Both the position numbers and the translations under genes were made by a program. From an uncultured delta proteobacterium (GTDB taxonomy: Bacteria; Desulfobacterota; Binatia; UBA9968): 64,000 nucleotides of DNA. Shown here one piece after another: positions 10,721-22,865 of this stretch (within the stretch, counting starts at the first letter, position 1; the number at the start of each line of letters is the position of its first letter). The notes under the pieces are model-generated. The model saw only the letters and a list, made by a program, of their open reading frames with translations, had not been told where the DNA came from and searched no databases. The stretch spans positions 224,001 to 288,000 of the forward strand of contig CAVSLC010000023.1 of assembly GCA_963728565.1 (NCBI GenBank). The letters run 5' to 3'.

Positions 10721-10765
10721 ACTTTCGCACCTCCTATTTTTCGCTATCCATGCCGAAATCATTGC

Positions 10766-10780
10766 GCAAGGAAAATGCCA
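10766..10780 (-). promoter_or_regulatory. Sigma-54 -24/-12 promoter
   Basis: TGGCATTTTCCTTGC upstream of the 10720-archease-rtcB-prs unit. Confidence 0.75.
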
Positions 10781-11111
10781 AGGCGCCGAAGCAGACGACT
10801 CGCTGCAATCTTTAGCTGAATCCTCATTTTCTTCTCATATTCGCGAAGCAGAGCGTAATTCTTTCGCATATCGATACACGAGTGCTGGCGCGTGTAATCG
10901 ATCATTTAGCGATTAACTGGACTGGAGTTTTCCGGTTCGTCACGGTTTATTTTTCAGAAATGAAATAATCTATCGCTATCGTCGAGGCGCCAGATCCGGA
11001 TACCGCCACTAAGGTGGCATTGCTGATTCGGTCATTTGGTCACGGAACAACCGAGACATGGTTCGCCACGCCGTGGGACCGCTTCGCCGAACTGGCGACT
11101 GCGCTCAAGAG

Positions 11112-11524
11112 TTAACGCCAGCATAGCGTGCTTGAAATTGATGGCTCGCAGTATTCCGGCAGCGGACCTCGCCGTGACCGCCCGCCAAAAAGATCGCCGA
11201 AGATGCCGCCGAGATCGGCGAAGCGACCGCCGAAAAAATCGCCGAAATCAAAACCGCGTAAGATATCCTCGGTGGACCAGCGTTCGCTCACCCCGGCGTG
11301 ACCCGCGACATCGTACTGCTCGCGTTTGGCCGGATCGCACAACACAGCGTAAGCCTCAGCGATCTCTCGAAATCGATCCGTGGCATCCGGCGCTGGATTG
11401 CGGTCCGGATGTGAGGTCATCGCTAACTCGCGATAGCCTGTTTGATTTGATCTTGGGTCGCTGTGCGGTCTACACCAAGAACCTCGTAGTAGTCGCGTTT
11501 ATCTGCCGTTGCGACCATGGCCAT
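11112..11524 (-). pseudogene. dnaJ: DnaJ N-terminal fragment (J domain plus G/F region), frameshifted and truncated
   Basis: KRDYYEVLGV, a frameshift, then HPDRN..FREIAEAYAVL.DP.KR.QYD and a G/F-rich tail; no zinc-finger or C-terminal domain. Confidence 0.8.
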
Positions 11525-11806
11525 CTTTTCCCTACGCTATGAAACCGCAGCAATCCCGGCTTAAAGGTGTACCCAGCGGAGAACAACCGCAATCAAAGTT
11601 TCATCACGAAACCTGTCAAGGACACGAAGGTTTGAATGACCGTATTGGTAAACTTCGTGATTTCCGCAATAGTGTGTGACCGTTGTCGCTGCTCGCGCAA
11701 ATGTTCCAGTGACTAGCCTGACGGGCCTCGCTTTAGAAGAGAATTCACCGCGGAGACGTGGAGTACGCCAAGAAAAAAGTTTCATGATACACAGCTTGGT
11801 ACTGCA

Positions 11807-12322
11807 TCAGCGCGGCCGGGCACCCGGGGACGGCGTAACGCGTTTCGAGGGCCACAAATCATTCAACGCTTTGGGTAAGCTATGTTTGACGTCCTCGATC
11901 TCGCCCGCGCTGGTGTGTCGCGCAAGAGTTTTGAAAACCGCGCGCGCGATGCTCTCGGCTCGAGAGCTGAAATCGTCTTTAAAGGCTTCCTTGATAGGCG
12001 CGAGAAAATCTTCCTTGTGCCGCGCCTTGCCCGGTTTCCCTTTGAGCGTCCAACCTTCGTAGTAGAAGCCACGCACCAGCATTGGCAGCTGCGCGCCAAG
12101 TTGGACGGCTTCTTCGATGGTCAAGCGGTCGCGTAGCGCGTGAAGCACGATGCGCAGGGCGAGGTACGCTTTATATGGATGTTCCTGCCAATCGAGCTCG
12201 TTCATAATGTCGTTCAACCAGACGTTCGTCTTTTGCAGGGTGCCGTCAAACACATCATGGCTGTTCTTGCGCCGTGTCTTCATTCCTACCAGCTGATAGC
12301 GGTATCCCGGACCGGTTTTCAT
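11807..12322 (-). CDS. DUF2267 family protein
   Basis: FDGTLQKTNVWL, VLHALRDRL, QLGAQLPMLVRGFYYEGW; start could instead be 12283. Confidence 0.85.
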   Translation of the reverse strand: MKTGPGYRYQLVGMKTRRKNSHDVFDGTLQKTNVWLNDIMNELDWQEHPYKAYLALRIVLHALRDRLTIEEAVQLGAQLPMLVRGFYYEGWTLKGKPGKARHKEDFLAPIKEAFKDDFSSRAESIARAVFKTLARHTSAGEIEDVKHSLPKALNDLWPSKRVTPSPGARPR

Positions 12323-12374
12323 AACAATTCTCCCCAACAATTTTCGAAGAAGCGATCTCAAGTAAGTGAATTGA

Positions 12375-12389
12375 GCAATTCCAGTGCCG
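12375..12389 (-). promoter_or_regulatory. Sigma-54 -24/-12 promoter
   Basis: CGGCACTGGAATTGC. Confidence 0.7.
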
Positions 12390-12448
12390 CGAGGAATGGT
12401 TGAAAAGCAAAAATATTCCGTTGAACCCGAATCCAAGCGGTAATTCAG

Positions 12449-12675
12449 CCCGGATTCCGCAGTCAAAACTGAGCGAGGGGCAAGCCTGGAGAAGCGAAGA
12501 CACCGGAGTGTTCAGTTTCAAAGTCTTTCTTGTGCTTGGCTCGCCGCGTCTATTTGCGCGACGTCGTCACGCACGGCACCGACAGTTATCGCCTCTCAGA
12601 GGTAGAAACACATTGTCTGCGCTGCGGAAGGTTTGCTCCTCGCTCATGACTTATCCTTCAACTGCGGAATCCGGG
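12449..12675. mobile_element. MITE copy 1 (non-autonomous element, IS1380-like ends)
   Basis: Perfect 15-bp TIR CCCGGATTCCGCAGT / ACTGCGGAATCCGGG, flanked by direct repeat TTCAG (12444-12448 and 12676-12680); homologous to 38661-38897 and 58092-58330. Confidence 0.85.
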
Positions 12676-12787
12676 TTCAGGCCAACTCAATTTTCACTTC
12701 TGAAAAAAACCGGCGCATCTCTTCGCAGGACTGGAAAAAACTGCTTCGCGAAGTGCGTCCTGACCGTGCAAAGTTCCGGATTTATCA

Positions 12788-12802
12788 TGGCTTGTTTCTT
12801 GC
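12788..12802 (+). promoter_or_regulatory. Sigma-54 -24/-12 promoter
   Basis: TGGCTTGTTTCTTGC upstream of acsA. Confidence 0.7.
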
Positions 12803-12903
12803 GGTTTAGACTGTTTTTGCAGCGCTGACTTGACCAGATTCGGCAGAGACGCGCGTCGGCCGAACAGATCGTCGTAGCATATGTCTCGACCCGAAAGGAC
12901 GCC

Positions 12904-14661
<1,758 letters not shown>

Positions 14662-14935
14662 TGGCAAAGCGCGGCTGGCCTCAGTTCTGAGAAGAAAGGA
14701 TACTTTGACGACGATGGCACGAAGGACGCAGAGGGTTTAGGAAAACAACTGCGAGCTTTGTGCTCATCGTGGTGAAACTGGATTCTTTCATAGAGGATAC
14801 CAAACCCGGACAGGGCGTGACTTACCACTAAGGACACTAACGACACGAAGCACACGAAGATTCGGCAGGAGTTTTATCATTCTCCTCTCCCGTTCATGCT
14901 CTTCGGTGCTTCGCGGCGACAGGGAGACTTTCTCG

Positions 14936-15931
14936 ATGCCCCGACATGCAAAACAAAAAGCGCAGGCGATCGATCGCGAGCATGCGCTGCATCTGCTCAA
15001 AGAGATGCTGCGCATTCGCCGCCTCGAGGAAAAATGTGTGGAGCTCTACACCGCCGCTAAAATTCGCGGGTTTGTCCATCTCTATATCGGCGAGGAGGCC
15101 GTTGCCGTGGGCGCGATGGGCGCGCTCGAGTCTGAAGATAATATCGTCGCAACCTACCGAGAGCACGGCCATGCACTGGCGCGCGGCATGTCGGCCAACG
15201 CGATCATGGCGGAAATGGTCGGCAAAGTGGAAGGCTGCAGCCGCGGCCGCGGCGGGTCCATGCACCTGTTCGATGCCGCCACGCGATTTTACGGCGGCAA
15301 CGCGATTGTCGGCGGCGGGCTTCCGCTCGCTGTCGGTCTCGCGCTGGCGCAAAAGCTCGCCGGGCGACAACAAATTACCGCCTGTTTCTTCGGCGAGGGA
15401 GCCGTTGCCGAAGGCGAGTTTCATGAATCGCTGAATCTTGCCGCGCTGTGGAAACTGCCGGTGCTGTTTTGCTGTGAGAATAATCTCTACGCCATGGGCA
15501 CGGCGCTATCTCGTTCCGAATCGGAGATCGACATCTGTCTCAAAGCCGCTGCGTTCGAGATGCCGGCGTGGCCGGTGGACGGCATGGATGTCATCGCCGT
15601 CGAAGACGCCACCCGGCGCGCCGCCATCGCCATCCGCGCCGGCGGCGGGCCGCATTTTCTCGAGTACCGTACATACCGCTTCCGCGCCCATTCGATGTAC
15701 GACCCGGAGCTTTACCGCGACAAACATGAAGTGGACGAGTGGAAGAAGCGCGATCCGATTCCGAGCTTGATCGAGTGGTTGAAACAACAGAACCTCTGGC
15801 AGGAGGAAGAGTGGAGCCGCATGGAGGAGGAGGTCGCACACGAAATCCAGCAGTCTGTCGAGTTCGCCGAAGCGGGCCATTGGGAACCGGTGGAAGAGTT
15901 GACGCGCTTTGTTTACTCGGAGGTGCAGTAA
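14936..15931 (+). CDS. pdhA: Pyruvate dehydrogenase E1 alpha subunit
   Basis: [24 protein letters not shown]...N TPP-binding motif and [11 protein letters not shown]. Confidence 0.92.
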   Translation: MPRHAKQKAQAIDREHALHLLKEMLRIRRLEEKCVELYTAAKIRGFVHLYIGEEAVAVGAMGALESEDNIVATYREHGHALARGMSANAIMAEMVGKVEGCSRGRGGSMHLFDAATRFYGGNAIVGGGLPLAVGLALAQKLAGRQQITACFFGEGAVAEGEFHESLNLAALWKLPVLFCCENNLYAMGTALSRSESEIDICLKAAAFEMPAWPVDGMDVIAVEDATRRAAIAIRAGGGPHFLEYRTYRFRAHSMYDPELYRDKHEVDEWKKRDPIPSLIEWLKQQNLWQEEEWSRMEEEVAHEIQQSVEFAEAGHWEPVEELTRFVYSEVQ

Positions 15932-16014
15932 ATGCATCGTTCAAAAATTCAATGTTCAACGTTCAACGTCGCCGCCCCAACCTTGAACTTGGAACCTTTG
16001 AACCGAGACGAGAT

Positions 16015-17010
16015 ATGAACGGGGAAAAAGTAAAAACCACGTATAGAGAAGCGATGCGCGCGGCGATCCGCGATGCGCTGCTGCGCGACCAGCGGGTCTT
16101 TCTAATGGGCGAGGATGTCGGCCGCTATGGCGGTTGCTTTGCCGTCAGCAAAGGTTTGCTCGATGAGTTCGGTCCCGAGCGCATTCGCGACACGCCGCTT
16201 TCCGAATCGGCATTTGTCGGCGCGGGAATCGGCGCAGCGATGGGCGGTGTCAGGCCGATTGTGGAGATCATGACCGTGAATTTCAGCCTGTTAGCATTGG
16301 ACCAGATCGTCAACAACGCCGCGACGATTCTGCATATGTCGGGCGGGCAGTTCAACATTCCACTGGTCATCCGCATGACCACCGGCGCCGGCCGTCAACT
16401 GGCCGCGCAACATTCGCACAGCCTCGAAGGTTGGTACGCGCATATCCCAGGGATCAAGGTGCTCACGCCTGCAACGCTGGAAGACGCCCGCGGCATGCTC
16501 TGGACGGCGCTACAGGATCCCGACCCGGTGCTGATTTTCGAAAATGGTCTGCTCTACAACATGGAAGGCGAACTGGCCGCGGATGCTGGGCCGGTCGACA
16601 TCTCCAAGGCGGTGATTCGCCGTCCTGGACAACATATCAGCTTAATCACTTATGGCGGCACTTTGTTCAAGACGCTGGCGGCAGCGGAAGAGCTGGCGGG
16701 CAACGGCATAGATGCCGAGGTCGTTGATCTGCGGACGCTACGGCCGTTGGATACGGCGACTGTTATCGGCTCCGTAAGCCGCACACACCGCGCCGTTATC
16801 ATCGACGAGGGCTGGCGGAGTGGAAGCATTTCCGCCGAGATCATGGCGCGCATCATGGAGAACGCTTTTTACGAGCTCGATGCGCCGGTTGCGCGGGTTT
16901 GCAGCGTCGAAGTGCCAATGCCTTATCCCAAGCATCTCGAAGACGCGGCGATCCCTCAGGTTCCAGGAATCGTCGCGGCGGCGCGGCGAGTAGTGACCGG
17001 CCATGAGTGA
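16015..17010 (+). CDS. pdhB: Pyruvate dehydrogenase E1 beta subunit
   Basis: GEDVG, DTPLSE, AAQHS and [11 protein letters not shown]. Confidence 0.92.
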   Translation: MNGEKVKTTYREAMRAAIRDALLRDQRVFLMGEDVGRYGGCFAVSKGLLDEFGPERIRDTPLSESAFVGAGIGAAMGGVRPIVEIMTVNFSLLALDQIVNNAATILHMSGGQFNIPLVIRMTTGAGRQLAAQHSHSLEGWYAHIPGIKVLTPATLEDARGMLWTALQDPDPVLIFENGLLYNMEGELAADAGPVDISKAVIRRPGQHISLITYGGTLFKTLAAAEELAGNGIDAEVVDLRTLRPLDTATVIGSVSRTHRAVIIDEGWRSGSISAEIMARIMENAFYELDAPVARVCSVEVPMPYPKHLEDAAIPQVPGIVAAARRVVTGHE

Positions 17011-18229
17011 ATTTCGCATGCCCTCGCTGGGAGCCGACATGCAATTCGGCACCATCGTCGATTGGCGCGTGAAACCAGGCGACGCCGTCAAAAGGGGCGA
17101 CGTGGTGGCATTGGTGGAAACTGAAAAAGGCGTGATCGAGGTCGAGATCTTCGAAAGCGGTGTCATTGAATCTCTCCTCGTTCAGCCAGGGCGGAAAGTC
17201 CCAGTGGGAACGACCCTGGCGACATTGAGCGGCGATGGCAAGAAGGTGGAGGCACAACCGGCAGCAAAGGCGGCGGTTGCTCCGCCGACCACGGCGGCGC
17301 CGCCCAAAGCCGAGATCGTGCCCGCGCAAGTCGCGGCAGCGGCTGTAGCGGAGGAATCTCTTCGTCTGCGGGTTTCGCCGCTGGCGCGTAAACGAGCGCA
17401 GGAACTCGGCGTCGATCTATCCACTCTGACCGGCACGGGTGGGAAGGGTTCGATTACCATTGCGGACGTTGAACGGGCAGCAGAAAGCGCCAAGACAATT
17501 ACGCCGGCAACTGCGCCTGTAGCGAGCAAGGGGTTGGATCTTACAGCGATGCGCCGGGTGATTGCCACCGCAATGGCGCGGTCGAAGCGCGAAATCCCGC
17601 ATTATTACCTTGCGACGACCATTGATATGGGCAAAGCCTTAGATTGGCTCGACGCAGAAAATGCCAAGCGAGCTGTGACGAAAAGATTGCTCTACTCCGT
17701 GCTGCTCATTCGCGCCATGGCTTTGGCATTGCGCACATTCCCCGAACTCAATGGCTTCTGGATCAACGAGGCATTCAAGCCGGGTGACGGCATTCACATC
17801 GGCATAGCGATTTCTTTGCGCCAAGGGGGCCTGGTCAATCCGGCGATCCACGACGCGGATAAGAAAAGTTTGGAGGAACTGATGGAGAGCTTGCTTGACC
17901 TGGTAAACCGCGCGCGCAACGGTCACCTGCGCAGCTCGGAACTTTCCGATGGTACGATTACGGTCACCAATCTCGGCGAACAAGGAGTCGAAACTGTTTT
18001 CGGCGTGATCTATCCGCCCCAGGTAGCGCTGGTCGGTTTCGGCAGGATTTCGGATCGGCCTTTTGCAGCCAACGGAATGTTCGGCGTGCGGCCAATGCTC
18101 GATGCCACGCTCGCTGCCGACCACCGGGTCAGCGACGGTCATCGCGGCGGCCGCTTTCTTTTGGCCATCGACCGTTGGCTGCAGGAACCGGAAAAGCTGT
18201 GGGAAAGACCGGCGTTCCAACAATCCTGA
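17003..18229 (+). CDS. pdhC: Dihydrolipoamide acetyltransferase E2
   Basis: Lipoyl domain (VETEKG), subunit-binding domain (SPLARKRA) and catalytic DHRVSDG. Confidence 0.9.
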   Translation: MSEFRMPSLGADMQFGTIVDWRVKPGDAVKRGDVVALVETEKGVIEVEIFESGVIESLLVQPGRKVPVGTTLATLSGDGKKVEAQPAAKAAVAPPTTAAPPKAEIVPAQVAAAAVAEESLRLRVSPLARKRAQELGVDLSTLTGTGGKGSITIADVERAAESAKTITPATAPVASKGLDLTAMRRVIATAMARSKREIPHYYLATTIDMGKALDWLDAENAKRAVTKRLLYSVLLIRAMALALRTFPELNGFWINEAFKPGDGIHIGIAISLRQGGLVNPAIHDADKKSLEELMESLLDLVNRARNGHLRSSELSDGTITVTNLGEQGVETVFGVIYPPQVALVGFGRISDRPFAANGMFGVRPMLDATLAADHRVSDGHRGGRFLLAIDRWLQEPEKLWERPAFQQS

Positions 18230-18266
18230 TTAGGATTGAAAGAGATCGGTAGAGAGGGGCACTAGA

Positions 18267-18512
18267 ATGACGGAGGCCGAGATCAAAAATATCGTCCGGC
18301 AAGCATTGGGCAACATCGCGCCGGAGGTCGATTTCGATTGCATCGATCCGGCCAAAGATCTGCGCGATCAGAGCGACTTAGATTCGGTCGACTTCTTAAA
18401 TTTTGTGATCGGCCTGCATAATGTTTTAGGGGTGGATATTCCCGACATCGATCTTCCCAAGCTCGCAACCGTGAATGGCTGCATTGCCTATCTTGCTTCT
18501 AAAGTCGGGTAA
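18267..18512 (+). CDS. Acyl carrier protein
   Basis: DLDSVD phosphopantetheine motif, 81 aa. Confidence 0.85.
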   Translation: MTEAEIKNIVRQALGNIAPEVDFDCIDPAKDLRDQSDLDSVDFLNFVIGLHNVLGVDIPDIDLPKLATVNGCIAYLASKVG

Positions 18513-18523
18513 ATCGGTAAATC

Positions 18524-18901
18524 TTGAAAGATTTTTGGCATGCAGGCGAACTGTACGCAGGAGGCGGCGCAGGTCTTGCCGGCGTACTCACGAACTTCGA
18601 CACGGTTGTGGCCAATATCACGGTAAGCAGCCGGGCTTATTTGGCAACGATTACCCACTCGATCCCGGGTACCAGCGTTCAATGCTTGGTGGAGAAAGGA
18701 AAGGCGGAGGAAGTTTTAATCGAGCACGCGTCCGCCGACACAGATGCGCTGATCGTCATGGCCACAGACGGCAGCTCGGATCCAACGCTGGCTCTTGAGA
18801 TAAGCGAACCGGCAGGCGTGGGCAGATGCTGGCTCGCAGAACTGCGAGAACGCACGGAGCATTTTTTCAATTCTGCGAAGTGGCGCCTAAAAGTTAATTG
18901 A
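18524..18901 (+). pseudogene. Universal stress protein remnant
   Basis: VQCLVEKGKAEEVLIEHA..DALIVMATDG resembles the neighbouring USPs; both ends degenerate. Confidence 0.5.
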
Positions 18902-18918
18902 TTAGGGGGCTATCTTGG

Positions 18919-18933
18919 TGGCACAGGCGTTGC
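18919..18933 (+). promoter_or_regulatory. Sigma-54 -24/-12 promoter
   Basis: TGGCACAGGCGTTGC upstream of hsp20. Confidence 0.8.
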
Positions 18934-18977
18934 GGTAGCAAGTATCGATAGCAGCCAAAACAAAAAAGAAGGAGGGT

Positions 18978-19481
18978 ATGACGATGGCAGAGAAAAATAA
19001 AGAAAAAGAAACGAAGGCGGTAACTCCATGGCGACCGTTCATGGGTCTTACCACTTGGGAGCGGGACATGGACCGGATGATGGAGGACTTTTTCGGTAGA
19101 CGCGCGCGACCGTGGTGGCCGGAGCGATGGTCTAGAACCGAGGAAATGGAAGTGAAACCTCCGATTGTCGATGTTTTCGAAGAGAAGGATGACATCGTCG
19201 TAAAAGCCGAGCTTCCCGGCATCGAAAAAGACAATATCGAGGTGAATCTGATGGATCACACGCTGACCATCAAAGGCGAAAAGAAAAAAGAAGAAGAAGT
19301 TAAAGAGGAAAACTATTATCGCGCCGAGCGTTCGTACGGAAGCTTTTTACGGACTTTGGAGCTGCCGAGAGACGTTCGCGCAGACCAAATCAAAGCCTCT
19401 TTCAAAAACGGCATCTTGGAAGTGAGGATGCCCAAGACGGAAGAAGCCAAGGCCAAAGAAATCAAGGTGAAAGTCGAGTAA
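18978..19481 (+). CDS. Hsp20/alpha-crystallin small heat shock protein
   Basis: VKAELPG, ERSYGSF.R and A.FKNGILEV..PK. Confidence 0.95.
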   Translation: MTMAEKNKEKETKAVTPWRPFMGLTTWERDMDRMMEDFFGRRARPWWPERWSRTEEMEVKPPIVDVFEEKDDIVVKAELPGIEKDNIEVNLMDHTLTIKGEKKKEEEVKEENYYRAERSYGSFLRTLELPRDVRADQIKASFKNGILEVRMPKTEEAKAKEIKVKVE

Positions 19482-19544
19482 AGAACGCCGCTGGGAGCAT
19501 AGCGTAGGGATGCGGATTTTCTCGTAGAGGCGGCGGAGGAAAAC

Positions 19545-20582
19545 ATGTACAGCAAAATACTAGTCCCTTTGGACGGATCGAAGACGGCAGAGAGAGTCCT
19601 TCCCTACGCTCGCTACCTGGGGGGCAAATTCAAGGTCCCCGTTGAGTTGTTGGCTGTTGTCGATGTCGTCGAGATCGCCTCGCACATGACAAGTGAAAAG
19701 GTGCATGCTCTCGATACCATCATCGATGATGCCGTCCAACACAGCACCATCTACCTGAGGGGCGTTGCCACAACGATTGCCGGGAGTGATGTGAGATGCT
19801 CGGTGGAAAAGGGCAGAGCCGAAGACACGATCATCGAAAAAGCGGCCACCGATAAAACCATGCTGATTGCCATGGCGACTCACGGACGGTCGGGTTTGAA
19901 TCGCTTTTTGCTGGGCAGCATTGCCGAAAAGGTCCTGCGCGGCACGGCGAATCCATTATTGTTGATCCGCGCCGCGGGGGAGGCCAAATCAGAGGGCGAA
20001 GCAATGCTCAAGTCGATCATTGTGCCGCTGGACGGGTCCGAGCTTGCCGAGGCCGTGCTGCCAATCGTGGCCGACATGGCGAAAAAGCTCGATCTTGAGA
20101 TCGAATTGTTCCGCACCTATCACGTTCCATACAACGTCTACTCCGGCGACGAGGGTTTTTACGCCGTCAACTACGAGGAACTGCTTGCCGGGGTGCGCGA
20201 TGAAGCGGTCGAATATCTCGACAAGAAGGCAGGCGATCTGAAAAGACTTGGCGTCGCGAAGTTCCAATGTGTAACCAGGGAGGGTTTGGCTGCCGATGAG
20301 ATTATCTCGCTAGGGCGGAAAACGCCGGATAATTTGATTGCGATGTCCTCGCACGGGCGGTCTGGTGTAAGACGCTGGATGCTAGGCAGCGTGACCGAGA
20401 TGGTGGTGCGCCACTCGGGCAATCCTGTGCTCGTGATTCGCTCGTGTGAGCGGTCATCTAAAGCTACAGAACCATGTACTCGAAAGTTCTCGTTCCATTG
20501 GACAGATCGAAAACCGCAGAAAACGTACTGCCGCTGGCTCGTTGCTTCGCCCGCAGTCTGCAAATTCCCGTGGAGTTGCTAG
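19545..20582 (+). CDS. Tandem-domain universal stress protein; true end probably ~20450
   Basis: Two ILVPLDGS...HGRSG..GS units; the tail overlaps the next gene out of frame. Confidence 0.85.
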   Translation: MYSKILVPLDGSKTAERVLPYARYLGGKFKVPVELLAVVDVVEIASHMTSEKVHALDTIIDDAVQHSTIYLRGVATTIAGSDVRCSVEKGRAEDTIIEKAATDKTMLIAMATHGRSGLNRFLLGSIAEKVLRGTANPLLLIRAAGEAKSEGEAMLKSIIVPLDGSELAEAVLPIVADMAKKLDLEIELFRTYHVPYNVYSGDEGFYAVNYEELLAGVRDEAVEYLDKKAGDLKRLGVAKFQCVTREGLAADEIISLGRKTPDNLIAMSSHGRSGVRRWMLGSVTEMVVRHSGNPVLVIRSCERSSKATEPCTRKFSFHWTDRKPQKTYCRWLVASPAVCKFPWSC

Positions 20583-21400
20583 GCGTTATCGATATAGTTG
20601 ACATGGCCTATCATCTCGCCACGGACCAAGTGTCAATCATTCACACCATGATTGACGATGCGAGCCGAAGATTCGCCGAGTATTTGGAAGGAATTGCCCA
20701 AAATTTTCCTGGCGGCACAGTGCGTTGCACGATCCAGACGGGAAGTGCCGCCGAGGCTATTATTAATTCTGCTGCCACGGATAAACAAACGTTGATCGCG
20801 CTGGCAACCCATGGTCGCTCCGGTCTGGACCGCTGGTTGCTCGGCAGCGTCGCGGAAAAGGTTTTACGAGGCGGCTCAAATCCGACTCTGGTGGTCCGAG
20901 CTCGAGACGACAAGAATCCCAGCTGGGCAATGGCCACATTGAAGCGCGTCATTGTTCCACTCGATGGGTCCGAGTTATCGGAGAGTATCTTGCCCTATAT
21001 CAGAGAATTGGCAAAACAGCTCGATTTGGAAGTGACGCTGATCCATCTTTACCGTGCTTTGTCGGCCGTGGGCGATGGCTTTTATACTCCCCATCAGTTA
21101 GATGCGTCGACTGCCAGGCAACGGGAAGAAGCGGTGACATATCTCGAAAGTAGGACAGAGGAGATGAAACGGCAGGGGCTTAAAAAGATCTCCTTCGTAG
21201 CTAAGGAGGGTTTGGAAGCAGACGAAATACTAGCGATAGCGCGGCAGAGCCCGGATACGATAATCGCTATGTGCACGCATGGCCGTTCCGGCGTGCAGCG
21301 CTGGGCGCTAGGCAGCATCACCGAGAGAGTTGTGCGCCATTCCGATAACCCGGTTTTGGTGGTGCGCGCGGGTGTTGATCAATGGTCCGCGGGAAAGTGA
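20474..21400 (+). CDS. Tandem-domain universal stress protein
   Basis: Two USP units (THGRSG..WLLGSVAEKV). Confidence 0.9.
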   Translation: MYSKVLVPLDRSKTAENVLPLARCFARSLQIPVELLGVIDIVDMAYHLATDQVSIIHTMIDDASRRFAEYLEGIAQNFPGGTVRCTIQTGSAAEAIINSAATDKQTLIALATHGRSGLDRWLLGSVAEKVLRGGSNPTLVVRARDDKNPSWAMATLKRVIVPLDGSELSESILPYIRELAKQLDLEVTLIHLYRALSAVGDGFYTPHQLDASTARQREEAVTYLESRTEEMKRQGLKKISFVAKEGLEADEILAIARQSPDTIIAMCTHGRSGVQRWALGSITERVVRHSDNPVLVVRAGVDQWSAGK

Positions 21401-21406
21401 CGAGCG

Positions 21407-22270
21407 ATGTACAGCAAAATTCTCGTGCCTTTGGATGGGTCGAATGTTTCGGAGCAAATTGTGCCTTATGCCCGTTTCTTTGCTGATGCGTATGGCATCC
21501 CCGTGGAGTTGTTGCGCATCACCGATCCGGACGCGCGCCCGCCCTTTTGGCCTCCAGAAACAAGTGGTCAGTATTTAAGGAAAATTGCCGCTGAATATTT
21601 CTCCGGCACTACTTGCACCGCCGCTGAAGTCGGTGCGCCGGCGACGGTGATTGTCGATCACGCCAAAAGCGATCCTTCCTGCTTGATCGCCATGGCGACA
21701 CACGGCATCTCCGGAGCGCGACGTTGGCTCCTCGGTAGCGTGACGAGCAAAGTCGTTCAGGCGGCGACCAATCCTCTGCTGCTCATTCGCCCGACCCATA
21801 CTCCCGATGCCTTGAGGCCGGTCAAGATGAATCAGATCTTTGTCCCGCTCGATGGATCCGGTTTGGCGGAAAAAACCCTGCCCCATGCATGTGCACTCAC
21901 CAAGCGACTGAACCTTGAGATGCAATTGCTGCGTGTTTACTCGTTACCCATGGACGCCTATGTCGTTGCCGACGGCGTGATCGCTCAGGGTCCGGCGCAG
22001 TTCCGCGAGGAATTGGCCAGACATGCGCAGGATTACCTCGACGGCAAAGTGGCCGGCCTGAGAGCCGAGGGGTTCAAGCGAGTCGTTGCGATTGCGCTTG
22101 AAGGGGACGCCGCGAGCGAAATCATCGATTTGGGTCGCAAAGCACCAAATAGTTTAATAGCAATGTCGACGCACGGGCGGTCCGGGATTGGCCGGTGGGT
22201 TCTGGGGAGTGTCGCGGAGAAGATCATTCAGCATGCGCACAATCCGGTACTGCTCATTCGCGCAAATTGA
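21407..22270 (+). CDS. Tandem-domain universal stress protein
   Basis: Two USP units. Confidence 0.9.
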   Translation: MYSKILVPLDGSNVSEQIVPYARFFADAYGIPVELLRITDPDARPPFWPPETSGQYLRKIAAEYFSGTTCTAAEVGAPATVIVDHAKSDPSCLIAMATHGISGARRWLLGSVTSKVVQAATNPLLLIRPTHTPDALRPVKMNQIFVPLDGSGLAEKTLPHACALTKRLNLEMQLLRVYSLPMDAYVVADGVIAQGPAQFREELARHAQDYLDGKVAGLRAEGFKRVVAIALEGDAASEIIDLGRKAPNSLIAMSTHGRSGIGRWVLGSVAEKIIQHAHNPVLLIRAN

Positions 22271-22305
22271 AAGCCGGTGAGCGACCTGCGCTGCAAGACA
22301 ATCCG

Positions 22306-22791
22306 ATGCAATTCTCAACGGTTAAAATAGAAAAACCCGACAACATCAATTTCATTGTCGGTCAGAGCCATTTCATCAAGACAGTTGAAGACATTCACGA
22401 GGCTCTGGTGCAAACCGTGCCTGGAATCAAGTTCGGCTTAGCATTCTGTGAAGCATCCGGTGCGATGCAGGTTCGTTGGAGCGGCACAGACGAGCCCATG
22501 CTCGAACTCGCTAAACGCAACGCTTTGGCGCTTTCCGCCGGACACAGCTTCATCCTATTTCTGGGCCCAGGTTTTTTTCCGCTAAACGTGCTCAACGCCA
22601 TCAAGAATGTCCCAGAAGTTTGTGGGATTTTCTGTGCCACGGCCAATTCTGTCGAAGTCGTCATTGCGGAGACGGAGCATGGGCGCGGCATTATGGGTGT
22701 CATCGACGGCGGCAAAAGCCAGGGGGTTGAAAATGAAGAGGGTATTGCCTGGCGCAAACAGCTGCTGCGCACAATCGGTTATAAGTTGTGA
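22306..22791 (+). CDS. Adenosine-specific kinase family protein (DUF355)
   Basis: GQSHFIKTVED, FGLAFCEASG, CATAN and C-terminal IGYKL. Confidence 0.85.
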   Translation: MQFSTVKIEKPDNINFIVGQSHFIKTVEDIHEALVQTVPGIKFGLAFCEASGAMQVRWSGTDEPMLELAKRNALALSAGHSFILFLGPGFFPLNVLNAIKNVPEVCGIFCATANSVEVVIAETEHGRGIMGVIDGGKSQGVENEEGIAWRKQLLRTIGYKL

Positions 22792-22865
22792 TTGATAAGT
22801 TTCTCGCTTAGGGGACTTGGAAGATACATCTGATCGACTGTTATCCGCCGCGACAAGGAGCTCCT

